44,215 nt of DNA from a virus (IMGVR_UViG_3300044501_000006:1-44215), one strand, 5' to 3'. Positions 1 through 9,626 are shown, numbered from the stretch's first letter. Notes: generated by a model not told the origin, from the sequence alone. Made by a program: numbers and translations.

Positions 1-127
1 ACGGGCATCATCCCACAGACGGCCGCGAACACGATCGCGGGCAGCATGGCGGGCGGCGGCGCCGTCACGGGCGGCGTCGCGGGCGGGATCGCGGGCGCGG
101 GCGGTCTGCTGGGTGAGGAGGACACTG
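1..127. repeat. Terminal overlap, copy 1; identical to 44089..44215 (circular-contig signature)
   Basis: Read base by base: 1..127 equals 44089..44215. An ORF runs in frame across the junction. Confidence 0.97.
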
Positions 128-300
128 TGATGGAGCGTGTTCAGCGCGCGGCCGGCGGTGCGCTCGCGGGCGCGGCAGCGGGTAGCATGACCGCGCTCAC
201 ACCGCTCACGCCGCCCGGCATCGTGCGCACGCTGCTCAAGTATGGGCTGCTGGGGGCCGGTGCCGGAGCCGGGTACCGTGGTTCGCGGGGGCTGTTCTAA
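1..300 (+). CDS. C-terminal part of a Gly/Ala-rich internal virion (ejection) protein. Full gene is 43645..44088 joined to 1..300 (247 aa).
   Basis: Position 1 is codon position 1 of the ORF that starts at ATG 43645; TAA stop at 298..300. Gly/Ala-rich hydrophobic repeats (GGVAGGIAGAGG, LGAGAGAG). Sits between internal-virion-type genes. Confidence 0.7.
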   Translation, partial: TGIIPQTAANTIAGSMAGGGAVTGGVAGGIAGAGGLLGEEDTVMERVQRAAGGALAGAAAGSMTALTPLTPPGIVRTLLKYGLLGAGAGAGYRGSRGLF

Positions 301-3300
301 ATGACTGGGCCGCCCATCCGAATTGACCCCGGCCCGCTGCGCCGTTTGGCACAGCCCGCGCCCGTTGTCGCTCCTTCTGAGTCGCGACGGGCGCGCGCGC
401 GTCGCGTGTTTGCGGACGCGCGCCAACAGCGCGAAGCGAACTCCTACCTCTGGCACGTCCACCACGAGGAAGAAGCGATTCGGCGCGAACTGCAGACGTA
501 CACGCGGAAACGGGCGCGCGCCGGTATGTCGCCACCTATCGAGCCGACACCGGACGCGGTCACGACCCTGGCGCGGCTGCGCGCTACGTCGAAACAGGAA
601 ACGCTGCGCGCGTACGACCGCGCGCTCTACCCGCGCTCGCTCGATGACCTGCGCACGGTGCTCGCCAGCCAACTCGGAACGGGGCCGCTAAAATCTCCCG
701 CCACGCGCACGAACGCGCAGCGCGCGGCCTCGTTCACGCACGGCGGTCTCGGCCTCGAAATGCTCGCGTATCTCCCCAACTATCTCGGTGGTGCCCTGTC
801 CGCGCGCGATGTGGTGGAGCGGGTCGCGGACCAGAAGGCACCGCGCGTGCTGGACGTGGTCGGTATGCTGCCGTTCGCGGCCACTCTCCGCAACATCAAG
901 AGCATCGCTAGAGCGGCGCGCGCGGCCGGCAAAGCGGAAGGCATCGCGGGCGCTATTCGTCCGGGGCTGCTCGCCGGAGAGTCACCGGCCGTGCAGGAGA
1001 TCAGCGCGAAGCTGGCCGGGCAGGCGGGCCTGCCGGGGCCGCAAGCGACGCCGGGGCAACTGAAAAACACCATCGTGCGGTCCACGCCTGAGGAACTAGC
1101 TGAACTGCAGCGACGGCGACCCGATCTGTTCGCGCACATAGACCGGCCCACCTTTGAGCGGCGCCTGAACCCGAAGCTGCGCGACGCGTTCACGGACATC
1201 GCGCGGAAGCACGCGGCGGGCGGCGAGAACGTGGGCTCCACCACGAATCCGCGCACGGGCGAGCCCGTCACGTCCGGGTACGTGGTCAGCACGCACAAAG
1301 ATCGCGAACTACCACTGCGCCGGCCGCCGACCGCGAACGACCTGCGCGTCTACGCGGCGCGCAATGCGGACCTGCTGCGTCAGGATGGCAAGATGCTCGG
1401 CACCTGGTACGATGCCGAGGCCGAGCGTCACGTGCTCGATGTGGTGGACGTGACGCCGGATCGCGCACGTGCGCTAGGGGTCGGTGCGAGTGCGGGACAA
1501 AAAGCGATCTTTCATCTCGATACCATGACAGAGATCGCCGTACCGACCACACGTACAGCACCCTCGCCGGGCACCATCATTCGAGGGAAGGCCGGGCAGT
1601 CACACGCGGACATACTACCGGACGACGTGCCGTGGAACCAGCTAGAGGACGGGTTCGTGACGCACGATGGCCGTTTTGTGACGCGCAACGAGGCGGCACA
1701 GATGGTGTACGGCGATGTACGTCCCCAAGACCAGCTTGAAGCGGGCGATCTCTTGGACCCGTCCCGGCCCAGGAAGCGGTCGCCCATCGCCGGACCAGCG
1801 TTCCGTGTACGGCCCGTCGTCCCTGCCATCGCGGGCATAGCGTCCGCCGCTGAGGAGGACGAGCCTGGCGCCACACCACTTGTGGCGCTCGCGGCGGCGG
1901 CCGGCGGTGGCAAGTTGCCTAAGGCGCCCTCTGGTGCGGCACGTGCAGCGCGCGTGATCGCGCAGGGGCTCTCCAAAGAGGACGCGATCGCGCGTATGCG
2001 CGCGTTCACGGCCGAGGGCGTACGCGCGCAGGTGCGACCTGGTCCAAACAGCACGTTCGACATCGTGCGTCGTGGTGAGCCAACGTCCGTAAAGCCAAAA
2101 GCGCCCCCACGAGCGGTTGGGGCACATGGGCAAGCCTTGGAGTCTGGGTTCCAGTCCCGTCTCATGACGGTGCTGGACCGGCGCGGCTTTCCTGTACCGA
2201 AGGGCGGGTGGACACCACAGCAGTGGTACGATGCGCTCAAAGGGCAGGTCTCGACCGCCGAACTGGACGCGGTGCTCCCAGCGCGAGAGGACGAATTCGC
2301 GTCCCGGTACACACAGCAACAACTTCTTGCACGTACACAAGAGTACTCCCCCGTCACCGCGCTCGAAACGGAAGTGCTCCAGAGCACGGGCGGCCGTGAG
2401 ATCACTGAGTCAATGGTATACGAAGTAATAGAGGCCCTGAAGCAGGCGGACATAGAGAACATGCGCAACGATGCGGCCGGCTACCTCCAAGCACGTGACA
2501 CCCGTCTCAATACCTTTCTTCGTGAGAAGTTAGTAGACCGTTTCGGCCCTGTGGGGGGACAGCGTGTCCTCCAGCGCATCAAGGACGAGTTTCTGCCAGA
2601 ACCACCGCTCGGTGAATGGACAGTTGAAAACCTTGCGGAATATGAGGAACAAACGGCCGGTGTCATGGAGCGGATAGAGCAAGTCGTACGTGGTCTCCGC
2701 GCTGATCCCGCGCAGGTCGCTATGCCGTTCCGTGTAGAGCCGACATCTGAGCAACTGGACGAGATCATGGCGCTCATAGAGCGCGCCGGGGCCGAGGAGG
2801 TGAGCGCGGTAGATGAACTGCGCCGCGCCCACAGCCTGGAGTCTGGCGGCGATTACGACCTGGCGTACTACCACGAAATAGCAGAAGAAAACTTACGCGA
2901 GGGCGGCTACGGTAAGGTGGATGAAGGGAACACCCAGTACCACAGCTACCAGCGCGTGAACCAAGAGGCACCGTACCGCGAAATTCTGATCTCAGACTCG
3001 AACGCGCCCGAGAACCGGAGCCACTTCTCTGACATAGCGCCACGACTGCGCGCGCACGCGCGCGGTGAAATCCACGTGGACACGTACCTCATGATTGAGG
3101 CGCAGAGCGACGCCGCACAGCGCGGGCACCTGGCAGCGAACGATCCCTGGAACGACACGGAGCGGTGGGCGCAGTTGAGTGTCGGCGCGTCACTACGGCA
3201 AGCTGCTGAGGAGGGCAGCGCCTTTTTCGCGTGGGTGACACCTGAGAATCGAGTCGGACAGGCTGGCCTCGCTCGTGAAGCGGCCAACATCACGTACGGG

Positions 3301-4653
3301 CACGCCGTGCCGCTCGCGGTGCGTCGCATTCTCCAGTGGTTGGGTGAGGCCGGGGACGATGTAACACGAGGACCGCCGAACCGCATCCGGATCACGCCCG
3401 AATTGCGCCGCAAGCTTCTTGAGGCGGGTCCGCCCGCGCTCGGGCTCGCTGGTATCATGACGGGCGAGGAGGACGAGGACCGGGAACTGCTCGCCACCCT
3501 CTCGCTCGCGACGACTGGACGCCCTCTGCCTGGCGTGCCGCGCGGTGCGCGCGCTATCGCGGCGACCGCGCGTGTACTGCGCGATGTGATGCTCGCGGAC
3601 GAGTTGGACTTGCTCGCATCGCCGGCCGCGCAGCGCGGCCTGGAGCGCGCCGCCGCGAACTTGGACGATCCTGAAATATTGGCGCAGGCGTCATTGGCCG
3701 GACAGTCCGCGTTCGGGGGCTACCAACGCACAACGCAGTTCCTGCGCGACACGTTCGGAGACCTAGACGCGCGCACGTTCGCTGGCGTCATGGCGGCCAC
3801 GTCGCCACAGTCCAGCGTGTCTGTCAACTTGCAACACGCGCTGGAGACGTTCGAGACGTGGACCGCTGCTGGACGCCCGACCGACGAGCGCACGGTGCGG
3901 GATATGGTCCGGGGTCTACCACGTGAGTTGCAAATGTACCGGCACAATCTGCGCCGTACGCTCACGGCCGAGGACCCGGTCGGCGTCGCGCTCGCACAGT
4001 CACCACTCTCCGGCCCAAAGGTGAGCAGCTTCGCGCTCAATCTGGCCGGTGATGTGGCGCGCGTGACGCTCGACACATGGCAAGCGCGACTGCAGAACAT
4101 GTCGCCCAGGAGTTTGGCCGGGCTTAAGCGGGGCGGCATCGCACGACCGGGTGGGGACTATCTCGGCTATGCAGCGCAACTGCGCCGCGCGGCCAATCTG
4201 CTCGGTCCTGAGTGGAACACCGCGAACGTGCAGGAGACCGGGTGGGGCTTCGTCAAGGACCTGGTCGAGGGCGGGGAACCCGGCGCGAGCCTGGCGCGCT
4301 GGCGCGGCGACCTGGAACGGCCCAGCCGTCGTCTTAACCTACTGGACCCGGAGCGCATGCGCACCGCGTGGGACGTGCCCGCACAGATGATGACGGGGCC
4401 GAGCCTTGACGCGCTGTCGCGCCTGGACGCGGCCGGTGAACTGCGCGGCCCCGCGCCGGGGCGCGTCCCAACCTGGCCTACGCTCAACGCGCCACGACCA
4501 GACCCGCGCGCACTGCGCTACCTTGCGACGCGTCGGATCGAGCCGGCACTGCGCGGTGAATACGCGTGGGCACTTGCACCGCTCGTGTTCGGCTCCTCAT
4601 TCTACCTCGGCAACGAACAGGCCCGCCAGAACGGGGCGGGCCTGCTGCGCTGA
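301..4653 (+). CDS. Giant (1450 aa) virion-internal/ejected protein, polyvalent-protein-like
   Basis: ATG immediately follows the upstream TAA. Uninterrupted 1450 codons with G/C-rich third positions. Last gene of the late arm, after three internal-virion-type proteins. The segment HFSDIAPRLRAHARGEIHVDTYLMIEAQSDAAQRGH resembles a conserved polyvalent-protein motif (recollection, not searched). Confidence 0.8.
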   Translation: MTGPPIRIDPGPLRRLAQPAPVVAPSESRRARARRVFADARQQREANSYLWHVHHEEEAIRRELQTYTRKRARAGMSPPIEPTPDAVTTLARLRATSKQETLRAYDRALYPRSLDDLRTVLASQLGTGPLKSPATRTNAQRAASFTHGGLGLEMLAYLPNYLGGALSARDVVERVADQKAPRVLDVVGMLPFAATLRNIKSIARAARAAGKAEGIAGAIRPGLLAGESPAVQEISAKLAGQAGLPGPQATPGQLKNTIVRSTPEELAELQRRRPDLFAHIDRPTFERRLNPKLRDAFTDIARKHAAGGENVGSTTNPRTGEPVTSGYVVSTHKDRELPLRRPPTANDLRVYAARNADLLRQDGKMLGTWYDAEAERHVLDVVDVTPDRARALGVGASAGQKAIFHLDTMTEIAVPTTRTAPSPGTIIRGKAGQSHADILPDDVPWNQLEDGFVTHDGRFVTRNEAAQMVYGDVRPQDQLEAGDLLDPSRPRKRSPIAGPAFRVRPVVPAIAGIASAAEEDEPGATPLVALAAAAGGGKLPKAPSGAARAARVIAQGLSKEDAIARMRAFTAEGVRAQVRPGPNSTFDIVRRGEPTSVKPKAPPRAVGAHGQALESGFQSRLMTVLDRRGFPVPKGGWTPQQWYDALKGQVSTAELDAVLPAREDEFASRYTQQQLLARTQEYSPVTALETEVLQSTGGREITESMVYEVIEALKQADIENMRNDAAGYLQARDTRLNTFLREKLVDRFGPVGGQRVLQRIKDEFLPEPPLGEWTVENLAEYEEQTAGVMERIEQVVRGLRADPAQVAMPFRVEPTSEQLDEIMALIERAGAEEVSAVDELRRAHSLESGGDYDLAYYHEIAEENLREGGYGKVDEGNTQYHSYQRVNQEAPYREILISDSNAPENRSHFSDIAPRLRAHARGEIHVDTYLMIEAQSDAAQRGHLAANDPWNDTERWAQLSVGASLRQAAEEGSAFFAWVTPENRVGQAGLAREAANITYGHAVPLAVRRILQWLGEAGDDVTRGPPNRIRITPELRRKLLEAGPPALGLAGIMTGEEDEDRELLATLSLATTGRPLPGVPRGARAIAATARVLRDVMLADELDLLASPAAQRGLERAAANLDDPEILAQASLAGQSAFGGYQRTTQFLRDTFGDLDARTFAGVMAATSPQSSVSVNLQHALETFETWTAAGRPTDERTVRDMVRGLPRELQMYRHNLRRTLTAEDPVGVALAQSPLSGPKVSSFALNLAGDVARVTLDTWQARLQNMSPRSLAGLKRGGIARPGGDYLGYAAQLRRAANLLGPEWNTANVQETGWGFVKDLVEGGEPGASLARWRGDLERPSRRLNLLDPERMRTAWDVPAQMMTGPSLDALSRLDAAGELRGPAPGRVPTWPTLNAPRPDPRALRYLATRRIEPALRGEYAWALAPLVFGSSFYLGNEQARQNGAGLLR

Positions 4654-4679
4654 CGCGCGACACTCTACCAAAACTCGCT

Positions 4680-4946
4680 TTAGCCTTCCCCCTTCTCCGC
4701 GCGGGTCCTGCGCCGGTCCGGGTGCAGAGTTGCGCGCGTGTATGCTTCCAGCGCGATTTTGAGGGCCGGAGTCGGGTCCGGTTGATCGAGCGCCGCCTCT
4801 ATGACACCCATCGCGGCACCGGCAATCGCCGCTACACGAGCATGATGGGCGGCGGTTGCGGGTTTCGGATCAACAACCACCCCTCTCCCCCTCCCTAACA
4901 AGGTGAGCGTTGGGCCGACCAGGTCCGCGTATTCCGAATCGCGCAT
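4680..4946 (-). CDS. Hypothetical protein (88 aa), last gene of the leftward arm
   Basis: ATG ORF with coding-like codon bias; convergent with the 1450-aa gene, 26 nt apart. Confidence 0.6.
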   Translation of the reverse strand: MRDSEYADLVGPTLTLLGRGRGVVVDPKPATAAHHARVAAIAGAAMGVIEAALDQPDPTPALKIALEAYTRATLHPDRRRTRAEKGEG

Positions 4947-4959
4947 GGTGTGTCTTCCC

Positions 4960-5187
4960 CTAGATCAGTGAGTTGACTTGTGTAGTGCGCGAGATCGTCG
5001 CGCGCTCGTGCTTGGATCGGAACTCCACGTCCCGGTCACGGCGCTCGTCGCGGAACTTCTTCACGCGCACCGCGTCGTAATCGACCGAGACACTGCCCGT
5101 GTACACGTGGACCACGGTACCAGTGCGCCCTGTGCCCGGTATCTCGAACGGGGTACCGGGCGCGAGCGTACACAGGTTCACCGTCAT
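4960..5187 (-). CDS. Hypothetical protein (75 aa)
   Basis: Internal ATG 5187 chosen because it forms an ATGA overlap with the stop of the upstream 61-aa ORF. The longer N-terminal extension to 5346 is Arg/His/Ala-rich and looks non-coding. Confidence 0.6.
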   Translation of the reverse strand: MTVNLCTLAPGTPFEIPGTGRTGTVVHVYTGSVSVDYDAVRVKKFRDERRDRDVEFRSKHERATISRTTQVNSLI

Positions 5188-5369
5188 TCGGCCCGTCCCA
5201 TCCACGCGCCTTGCGCGTTCGTCTGCATGAAGGTGAACGTGTCCATCGTGGGGCCGTACCAGGGCCACACGGGCCGCGCCGTCGTGGGGCGCGGGGGCTC
5301 CGGCGACCGAACGATGCTCTCGGAGTTCGGCACGCCCGGTTGCCACGACTTCGTGATGAAGGTTTTCAT
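5184..5369 (-). CDS. Hypothetical Trp/Pro-rich small protein (61 aa)
   Basis: ATG 5369 preceded by AGGTGG about 8 nt upstream; strong G/C third-position bias; ATGA coupling to the next gene. Confidence 0.55.
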   Translation of the reverse strand: MKTFITKSWQPGVPNSESIVRSPEPPRPTTARPVWPWYGPTMDTFTFMQTNAQGAWMGRAE

Positions 5370-5436
5370 GGTGCTATCCACCTGGTTTAATGAGAGCGAG
5401 AGCGGGCCGTGTGTGGCCCGCTCCCAGTGAAAAAGT

Positions 5437-6480
5437 TCAGGACCGCGCGGCGACGACCGCCTCCAACGACTGGAACACACGATCCTTGATGTTGTACAGG
5501 CGTCCGCCCGGCAACAACTGCTGCACACGACTGGTGCGCACAGGGAACGTGTCGAGCGAGTGGTCCACGGCCTGCACGACGCCATTGTACGCTTCCCACG
5601 CGCTGTGATCCCCCACGTTGCCGTCGCCGCTCGTCCAGAGCGTTTCCAGCAGCGTCCGCTTGATCTCGTAGCGTCCCACGACCGCGTCCGCCTGCGCGGA
5701 CGTGGGGTCGAAGTCAACCGCACGTCGTGGGTCCACCTGCACCACATCCATGACGTGCCGTTCCCACTCCTGCGGCAGCAGCAACACGGACTGGAGCGCA
5801 AGGTACCGCTGCACCGTGTCGAACGTGCGCTGCACGATACCGGACAGGACCAGGTCAGCCGCCCGGATCAGCCGCTCCGTCGCGTTGCCACGGTGCACGA
5901 TCTGCGCCTGCGCACGGTAGCTCCCTGCCTCCACCATTGCGAGCGTGTTCGCGCACACGACGCGCACGTCCGTTTCCGTAACGCTCGCGTTCGCGCGCCC
6001 GCTGTGGTTGGTGCGGACCAGTAGATACTTCGCGATGGGGTCGCCCAACTGTGCGAACGCGTCCTGCACCTCCTGCGGCCACGCGGCACGGTTCAACTGC
6101 GCGAGCACGAACGCGTCCGCGCCCCGCCGCAGCACGCCGCCCGTTTCCAGCCGGATCGTGTTCGCCTGCAGGAGCGGTTCCAGCACGTGGAACGCGTCCA
6201 CGTTCTGCACGACACTGTAGTCGGCGCCGACAATACCCAGTTCGATGTCGCGGTCCGTGCGCACCGTGACAGCGCCGGTCGTGCAGGGTACCCACGCGTC
6301 GCCCACGCGGCGCGCGACCGATTGCTTTTCGACCTGGTACAGCAGGTGGCCCGCTTCCAGGGCCTCATGGAGGGAAACGCCGGGCGGGAGCGCGACGCCC
6401 TCACGATGCCAGGCGGTGATGTTAGTGCCGATCTCGAAGAAGTCGGCGCGGCCATCGGTGAAGTTCAGTTTGTGTGCCAT
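5437..6480 (-). CDS. DUF932 family protein (phage/plasmid-like protein, TIGR03299-like)
   Basis: N-terminus MAHKLNFTDGRADFFEIG...WH, then VRTDRD..LGIVGADYSVVQNVDAF..LEPL and ETGGVLRRGADAFVLAQL, match my recollection of DUF932 hallmarks; typical length (347 aa). Confidence 0.85.
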   Translation of the reverse strand: MAHKLNFTDGRADFFEIGTNITAWHREGVALPPGVSLHEALEAGHLLYQVEKQSVARRVGDAWVPCTTGAVTVRTDRDIELGIVGADYSVVQNVDAFHVLEPLLQANTIRLETGGVLRRGADAFVLAQLNRAAWPQEVQDAFAQLGDPIAKYLLVRTNHSGRANASVTETDVRVVCANTLAMVEAGSYRAQAQIVHRGNATERLIRAADLVLSGIVQRTFDTVQRYLALQSVLLLPQEWERHVMDVVQVDPRRAVDFDPTSAQADAVVGRYEIKRTLLETLWTSGDGNVGDHSAWEAYNGVVQAVDHSLDTFPVRTSRVQQLLPGGRLYNIKDRVFQSLEAVVAARS

Positions 6481-6550
6481 GTGGTCTAGAACCCTCTGAG
6501 AAAGAGTAATACCCCCGAATTTAGGCCGGGGCCGCGCAGCCGCAAGTGGG

Positions 6551-6589
6551 TGAACTGAACTGTAATGAACTGTCCACTTTAGGTGACAA
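6551..6589 (-). promoter_or_regulatory. Candidate regulatory element upstream of the DUF932 operon (GAACTG x3; TTGTCA-N17-ATTACA on the minus strand)
   Basis: 125-nt intergenic gap 6481..6605. Plus strand reads tGAACTGAACTGtaatGAACTGt. Minus strand has TTGTCA (6589..6584), a 17-nt spacer, then ATTACA. Weak match, unknown host. Confidence 0.25.
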
Positions 6590-6605
6590 AAACGCCTGTA
6601 CGCCT

Positions 6606-7115
6606 CTAGGGGGCCTCAGGGACGTGGCACCCCCGTGCGTACCAGCCTTCGGGTTGAACAGCGGACGTGCCCCCTGTTCCGGTTGCGCCTGTCCCATCTG
6701 CGCGCGCACCGCGCGCGAGCGATGCGCCGGCCGCCTCCAGTTCCTCCTGGAGCAGGGCCAAGGCGCGCCAGGCGACCTTGACCGTATGCGACAGGCCGTC
6801 CGTGTCCGTGTGGCCGCGCTCGATCAGGTGTCGCACGATACAGTCCGCGTGGTCGGCCGACTTCCAACGCGACCAGTGGAGCGGCTGGCCAGGGTTGTGC
6901 TTGTCGTTCCCGATTCGCGAGAGTTCCGCCACGGCCGCGAGCGCGGCCGGGAAGTAGTCGAGCAGGCCACGCGCGAGCGGCACGCCCTTGCGCGCGGCCG
7001 AGTCCACCGGCAACAACGCGAACGGTGCGCCGGCCGCCTCCCAAAATGCGCGACGTGATGCCGCACCCGTCCCCGAGCCCTCCCGCGTGAAAAAGTCATT
7101 CGGATCGCAACTCAT
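6606..7115 (-). CDS. DUF5664-like protein (dATP/dGTP diphosphohydrolase-domain-like, all-alpha NTP-PPase-like)
   Basis: Core LLDYFPAALAAVAELSRIGNDKHNPGQPLHWSRW...DCIVRHL...D.DGLSH..KVAWRALALLQ resembles the FPxALxxVAxVxxxGaxKY...W...RH...D..G..H pattern of DUF5664 (recollection). ATG 7115 has GAGGGGGG 5 nt upstream; the GTG at 7121 is also possible. Confidence 0.6.
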   Translation of the reverse strand: MSCDPNDFFTREGSGTGAASRRAFWEAAGAPFALLPVDSAARKGVPLARGLLDYFPAALAAVAELSRIGNDKHNPGQPLHWSRWKSADHADCIVRHLIERGHTDTDGLSHTVKVAWRALALLQEELEAAGASLARGARADGTGATGTGGTSAVQPEGWYARGCHVPEAP

Positions 7116-9477
7116 GCACACCCCCCTCAGTCAATAGTCGTACGATGGGCCTGAGCCCCACGAAACCGGAACGGCGCCCGTCTTTCCAACGCGTGTACCG
7201 TTTCGCAGTTAATGTCTGCGTGAGCCGGCGCGCGGTGCCGACCGCCTCCCCCTGCTCACCCGCCCAATCGCACCACGCGTGAAAGAGTTCCATCGTCGTA
7301 GCGCGGTGTGTAGGGGCCGGCTCGCACGCGTCCTCCACCCAGCGCGCGATGGGGTCCTGCTCTTGGAAGTAGTCGGCCGTCGCCGCCAGCACGGCGTTCG
7401 GCGGTGCCAGGCCCACCTGCTGCCACTGCGCGCACCCGTCCACCGCCCACGCGAGAATCGCCGGATACTCGACGCGCAGCGCTTCGTCCAGAGTTGGGTC
7501 AATCGTGGACGGTGTCACCGTAAAGTTGACCAGGTGAATGCGACGGCGCATCGCGACATCCAGGTTCCGTATCTCTGGCTTGTGATTCCCAGTGAAGATC
7601 GGTGTGAACTGCGGCGTGAACGTGAAGAAGTCCTGACGCATGAACCGCACGCGGATCGCGTCGCCGCCCGTCACCAACTTGATGCGCTGCTCGTCCCAGT
7701 GGCGCCCACCCTGCGTCTCCGTCGCCGTCACCAGTCGCGCCCCTACCAGCCCCGCCAGGTCGGTAGGGTGCTTATCGTACTTGCTCGCCGTGAACGTCTC
7801 CATCGGTGCCGTCTCCGCGTACGTGCGCAGCACACCGAGCAGCGCGCGCACCAGTACGCCCTTCCCGTTCCACCCCGGTCCCCAAATGAACGCGAGCATC
7901 TGCTCGGTGGTGCGCCCGGTCAGTGCGTAGCCGGCAAGGCGCTGCAGATACCCTTGTAGGTCCAGGTCGCCGGCCGTCACCTCCTCCAGGAACGCGCGCC
8001 AGCGCGGCATCGGCAGGTCCGCGTCCGGGGCTACACTCGTCTGCCGCGAACACATCGCGGCCGGATCGTGTGGCACCATGTGACCCGTACGCAGATCAAG
8101 AATGCCGCCCGGCGTGTTCAGCAGCCACGGGTCCGCATCGAACGCGTCCATCGTCGCCGTCACGCGCGGATCGCTACGTAAGAGGTGGCGCACGTCCCGC
8201 TGTTTCTGTGCGCTGCAGAGCATCTTCGCCAGTTTGTGATTCGCTGCTTTTTCCGCGTCCGTAACGCCCTGGTGCATCAGAGCAGCAGCGAGCCGTCGCA
8301 ACGTCTGCCCAATCTGGTGATCCACGAGCAGCACCGCGTCCGGTTCCCAACGACCGAGATGCCACGAGTACCAACGCCCGCTCACGGGCACATGGCGGAT
8401 AGCGCCCCCGTGCTCCTCCACGACACGATCCACTAGCCACGCGTCGCTCCAGAGCGGCGGCGTCTCCTGCGCCCGCTCCCGTACCTCAACAGCGTCGGCC
8501 GCAAACTCGTACTGCGCGGATTGGAACCCGCACCGGGCCGCGATCTCCGCGAGCCAGGACCACCCGACCGCGTACGGCGGCTTCATGCGGCGCCAGTCCT
8601 CGCGCGCGGTATCGAGATCGTTCGTGCCCCCGTCCCATCGCGTCAACCACTCGCACCAAACCTCGTACCCGTCCTCCTCGTGCTCCTCACCGGCCGCCGC
8701 GCGCACCGCGTAGCCGAACTGGACGTAATCGTTCCGTTCCGGGAACATCAGGTCCGCGTTCGGAATCGCGGCCACGCACGCGCGCAGGGCCTCGATGGAG
8801 GGCGCGAGCAGATCCGCTTGCGGTGTTCGGTCATGGACCTTCCCACCCACCCGTTCCACCTCGACACCGGGCACGATCTCCAGCAGGTCCTTCAGCGTCG
8901 TCAGAAATGTCTCTACCTGCGCGGGCGTGATCCACGTCAACTTCTCCGGTTCGATCTGGTCGAGCGGTGTATTCCACGTGTACTGTGATCCGCTCGGGTG
9001 CTGGCCCTGGATCACGTACTGGCGCCCTTTCCCCAGCACTTCCACCAGATGTGTGTCACCACCCATGCGTACCAACGCGGCCGCGCGCACGAACGGTTCT
9101 CCTGTTCGGTACATGAGCAAGCGCTTCGGCGCGCGCCCGACGCGCACCGGAGCGGGGCCAAGGAACTGCAGGGCTAGGCGCTCCACTTCCGCCGTGAGCC
9201 ACGGGTCGAGCGAATCAATGTCCACCGCCGGGTAGAACTCAGCGCGAATACCGATGTTCGCGCCCGCGTGCGCCCACGCCTTCACGTCCGCCGCCCGCAC
9301 CTCGTGCCCGAGCCAGTTGTACCCGCCCCACGTACCGTTCGCGTTGCGCCGTCCCGGCACTTTCCCGCACTGGGACGGATGAATGCGCGAGTCGGGCGAC
9401 AGCGGCGCGTTCGGCGGGATCACGGACACGAGCGGCAGAAACCCGCGCTCGTACAGGGCCACCGTGGGAGACTTCAC
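7096..9477 (-). CDS. Bifunctional primase-polymerase / D5-P4-type primase-helicase (793 aa)
   Basis: N-terminal prim-pol region (GIRAEFYPAVDIDSLD). C-terminal P4/D5-type NTPase: Walker A FIWGPGWNGKGVL and ATETQGG..WDEQRIKLVTGGDAIRVRFMRQDFFTFTPQFTPIFTGNHKP. GTG start in a GTGA overlap with the upstream stop. Confidence 0.93.
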   Translation of the reverse strand: MKSPTVALYERGFLPLVSVIPPNAPLSPDSRIHPSQCGKVPGRRNANGTWGGYNWLGHEVRAADVKAWAHAGANIGIRAEFYPAVDIDSLDPWLTAEVERLALQFLGPAPVRVGRAPKRLLMYRTGEPFVRAAALVRMGGDTHLVEVLGKGRQYVIQGQHPSGSQYTWNTPLDQIEPEKLTWITPAQVETFLTTLKDLLEIVPGVEVERVGGKVHDRTPQADLLAPSIEALRACVAAIPNADLMFPERNDYVQFGYAVRAAAGEEHEEDGYEVWCEWLTRWDGGTNDLDTAREDWRRMKPPYAVGWSWLAEIAARCGFQSAQYEFAADAVEVRERAQETPPLWSDAWLVDRVVEEHGGAIRHVPVSGRWYSWHLGRWEPDAVLLVDHQIGQTLRRLAAALMHQGVTDAEKAANHKLAKMLCSAQKQRDVRHLLRSDPRVTATMDAFDADPWLLNTPGGILDLRTGHMVPHDPAAMCSRQTSVAPDADLPMPRWRAFLEEVTAGDLDLQGYLQRLAGYALTGRTTEQMLAFIWGPGWNGKGVLVRALLGVLRTYAETAPMETFTASKYDKHPTDLAGLVGARLVTATETQGGRHWDEQRIKLVTGGDAIRVRFMRQDFFTFTPQFTPIFTGNHKPEIRNLDVAMRRRIHLVNFTVTPSTIDPTLDEALRVEYPAILAWAVDGCAQWQQVGLAPPNAVLAATADYFQEQDPIARWVEDACEPAPTHRATTMELFHAWCDWAGEQGEAVGTARRLTQTLTAKRYTRWKDGRRSGFVGLRPIVRLLTEGGVHELRSE

Positions 9478-9626
9478 GCGTTCAGGTCTTTCACATCAAC
9501 AGCGTCCGTGTACGCGTTGCAGCAGCCGGACCGCTGAAGCCGCTCGTAGAGTATTCCCTCCGGGTATTTGCCCCGCACCACGCACTGCTCGCCGCACGTG
9601 TAACACCACACGATGATGGCTCTCAT
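9474..9626 (-). CDS. Small Cys-rich protein (50 aa), possible zinc-binding
   Basis: ATG 9626 forms an ATGA overlap with the polymerase stop; its own stop overlaps the primase GTG. Sequence MRAIIVWCYTCGEQC...SGCCNAY contains CxxC plus CC. Confidence 0.55.
   Translation of the reverse strand: MRAIIVWCYTCGEQCVVRGKYPEGILYERLQRSGCCNAYTDAVDVKDLNA

Noticed and set aside
1-127. 127-bp terminal repeat as a biological direct terminal repeat
   Set aside because: The length equals a standard maximum assembler k-mer, and a coding ORF reads straight through the junction, so it is most simply a circularisation overlap. Real termini need read-level analysis.
4654-4679. Bidirectional terminator between the convergent 1450-aa gene and the 88-aa gene
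   Set aside because: Only a 4-bp GC palindrome is present, with no convincing stem-loop or U-tract, so nothing could be supported.
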